Origin: Camelus dromedarius | Taxonomy: Eukaryota | NCBI RefSeq assembly: GCF_036321535.1 | Contig: NC_087436.1 | Span: 93,994,001 to 94,058,000 of the forward strand | Reading direction: 5' to 3' | DNA: 64,000 nt | Part shown: positions 63,876 through 64,000 of the stretch, one piece after another | How the letters are laid out: the number at the start of each line of letters is the position of its first letter | How positions within the stretch are numbered: position 1 is the first letter of the stretch | Translations under genes and position numbers: made by a program | Notes under the pieces: generated by a model | Database searches by the model: none | What the model saw: only the letters and a program-made list of their open reading frames with translations | What the model was told of the DNA's origin: nothing

Positions 63876-64000
63876 GGGTAGAATTAGTTTCAGGACACAG
63901 TTTGTAATTTGCACGTTTATTTTTATTTATCAGACACTGTGATGTTGACCATCAGGTATTATCCAGGATACAGCCCTTAGGAAATAGTCCTCACAGACGT

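Noticed and set aside
1..64000. CRISPR arrays, operons or another novel multi-gene system; naming the host gene
   Set aside because: The sequence is eukaryotic and repeat-rich with no regularly spaced repeat-spacer array. None of the candidate exon peptides matched a protein I recognise, so no gene symbol is given.

Overview
This is non-coding mammalian genomic DNA, most likely from a camelid. The assignment rests on five copies of a tRNA-derived SINE with the head GGGGAGGGTATAGCT..TGGTAGAG..CATGCTTAGCATGCACGA, which I recognise as the camelid Vic-1 type, plus artiodactyl-type L1 3' ends. No multi-exon protein-coding gene can be established, and the ORF track is essentially chance ORFs. The two ORFs with recognisable homology are decayed transposon pieces: a Charlie1 hAT C-terminal domain at about 18.1-18.4 kb and L1 ORF2 reverse transcriptase at about 44.0-44.2 kb. 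The window is dense in old interspersed repeats (MIR, L2, L1M, L4/RTE-X, MaLR, hAT-Charlie, Tigger) and microsatellites. Most long L1/LTR pieces lie on the minus strand and the best splice signals are on the plus strand, which suggests long 5' introns of an unidentified plus-strand gene. The most notable observations are: a TSD-flanked, doubly A-tailed unique insertion resembling an orphan 3' transduction (34.56-34.84 kb); candidate alternative first exons and a 14-nt micro-exon (23-24.4, 49.3 and 57.5 kb); a MER53 hairpin carrying a miR-1302-like 21-mer nested in a complete Charlie1a; and a convergent pair of CTCF-like motifs. I found no evidence for a novel multi-gene system. Repeat family names come from recalled consensus sequences, not a database search, and boundaries of old repeats are approximate.
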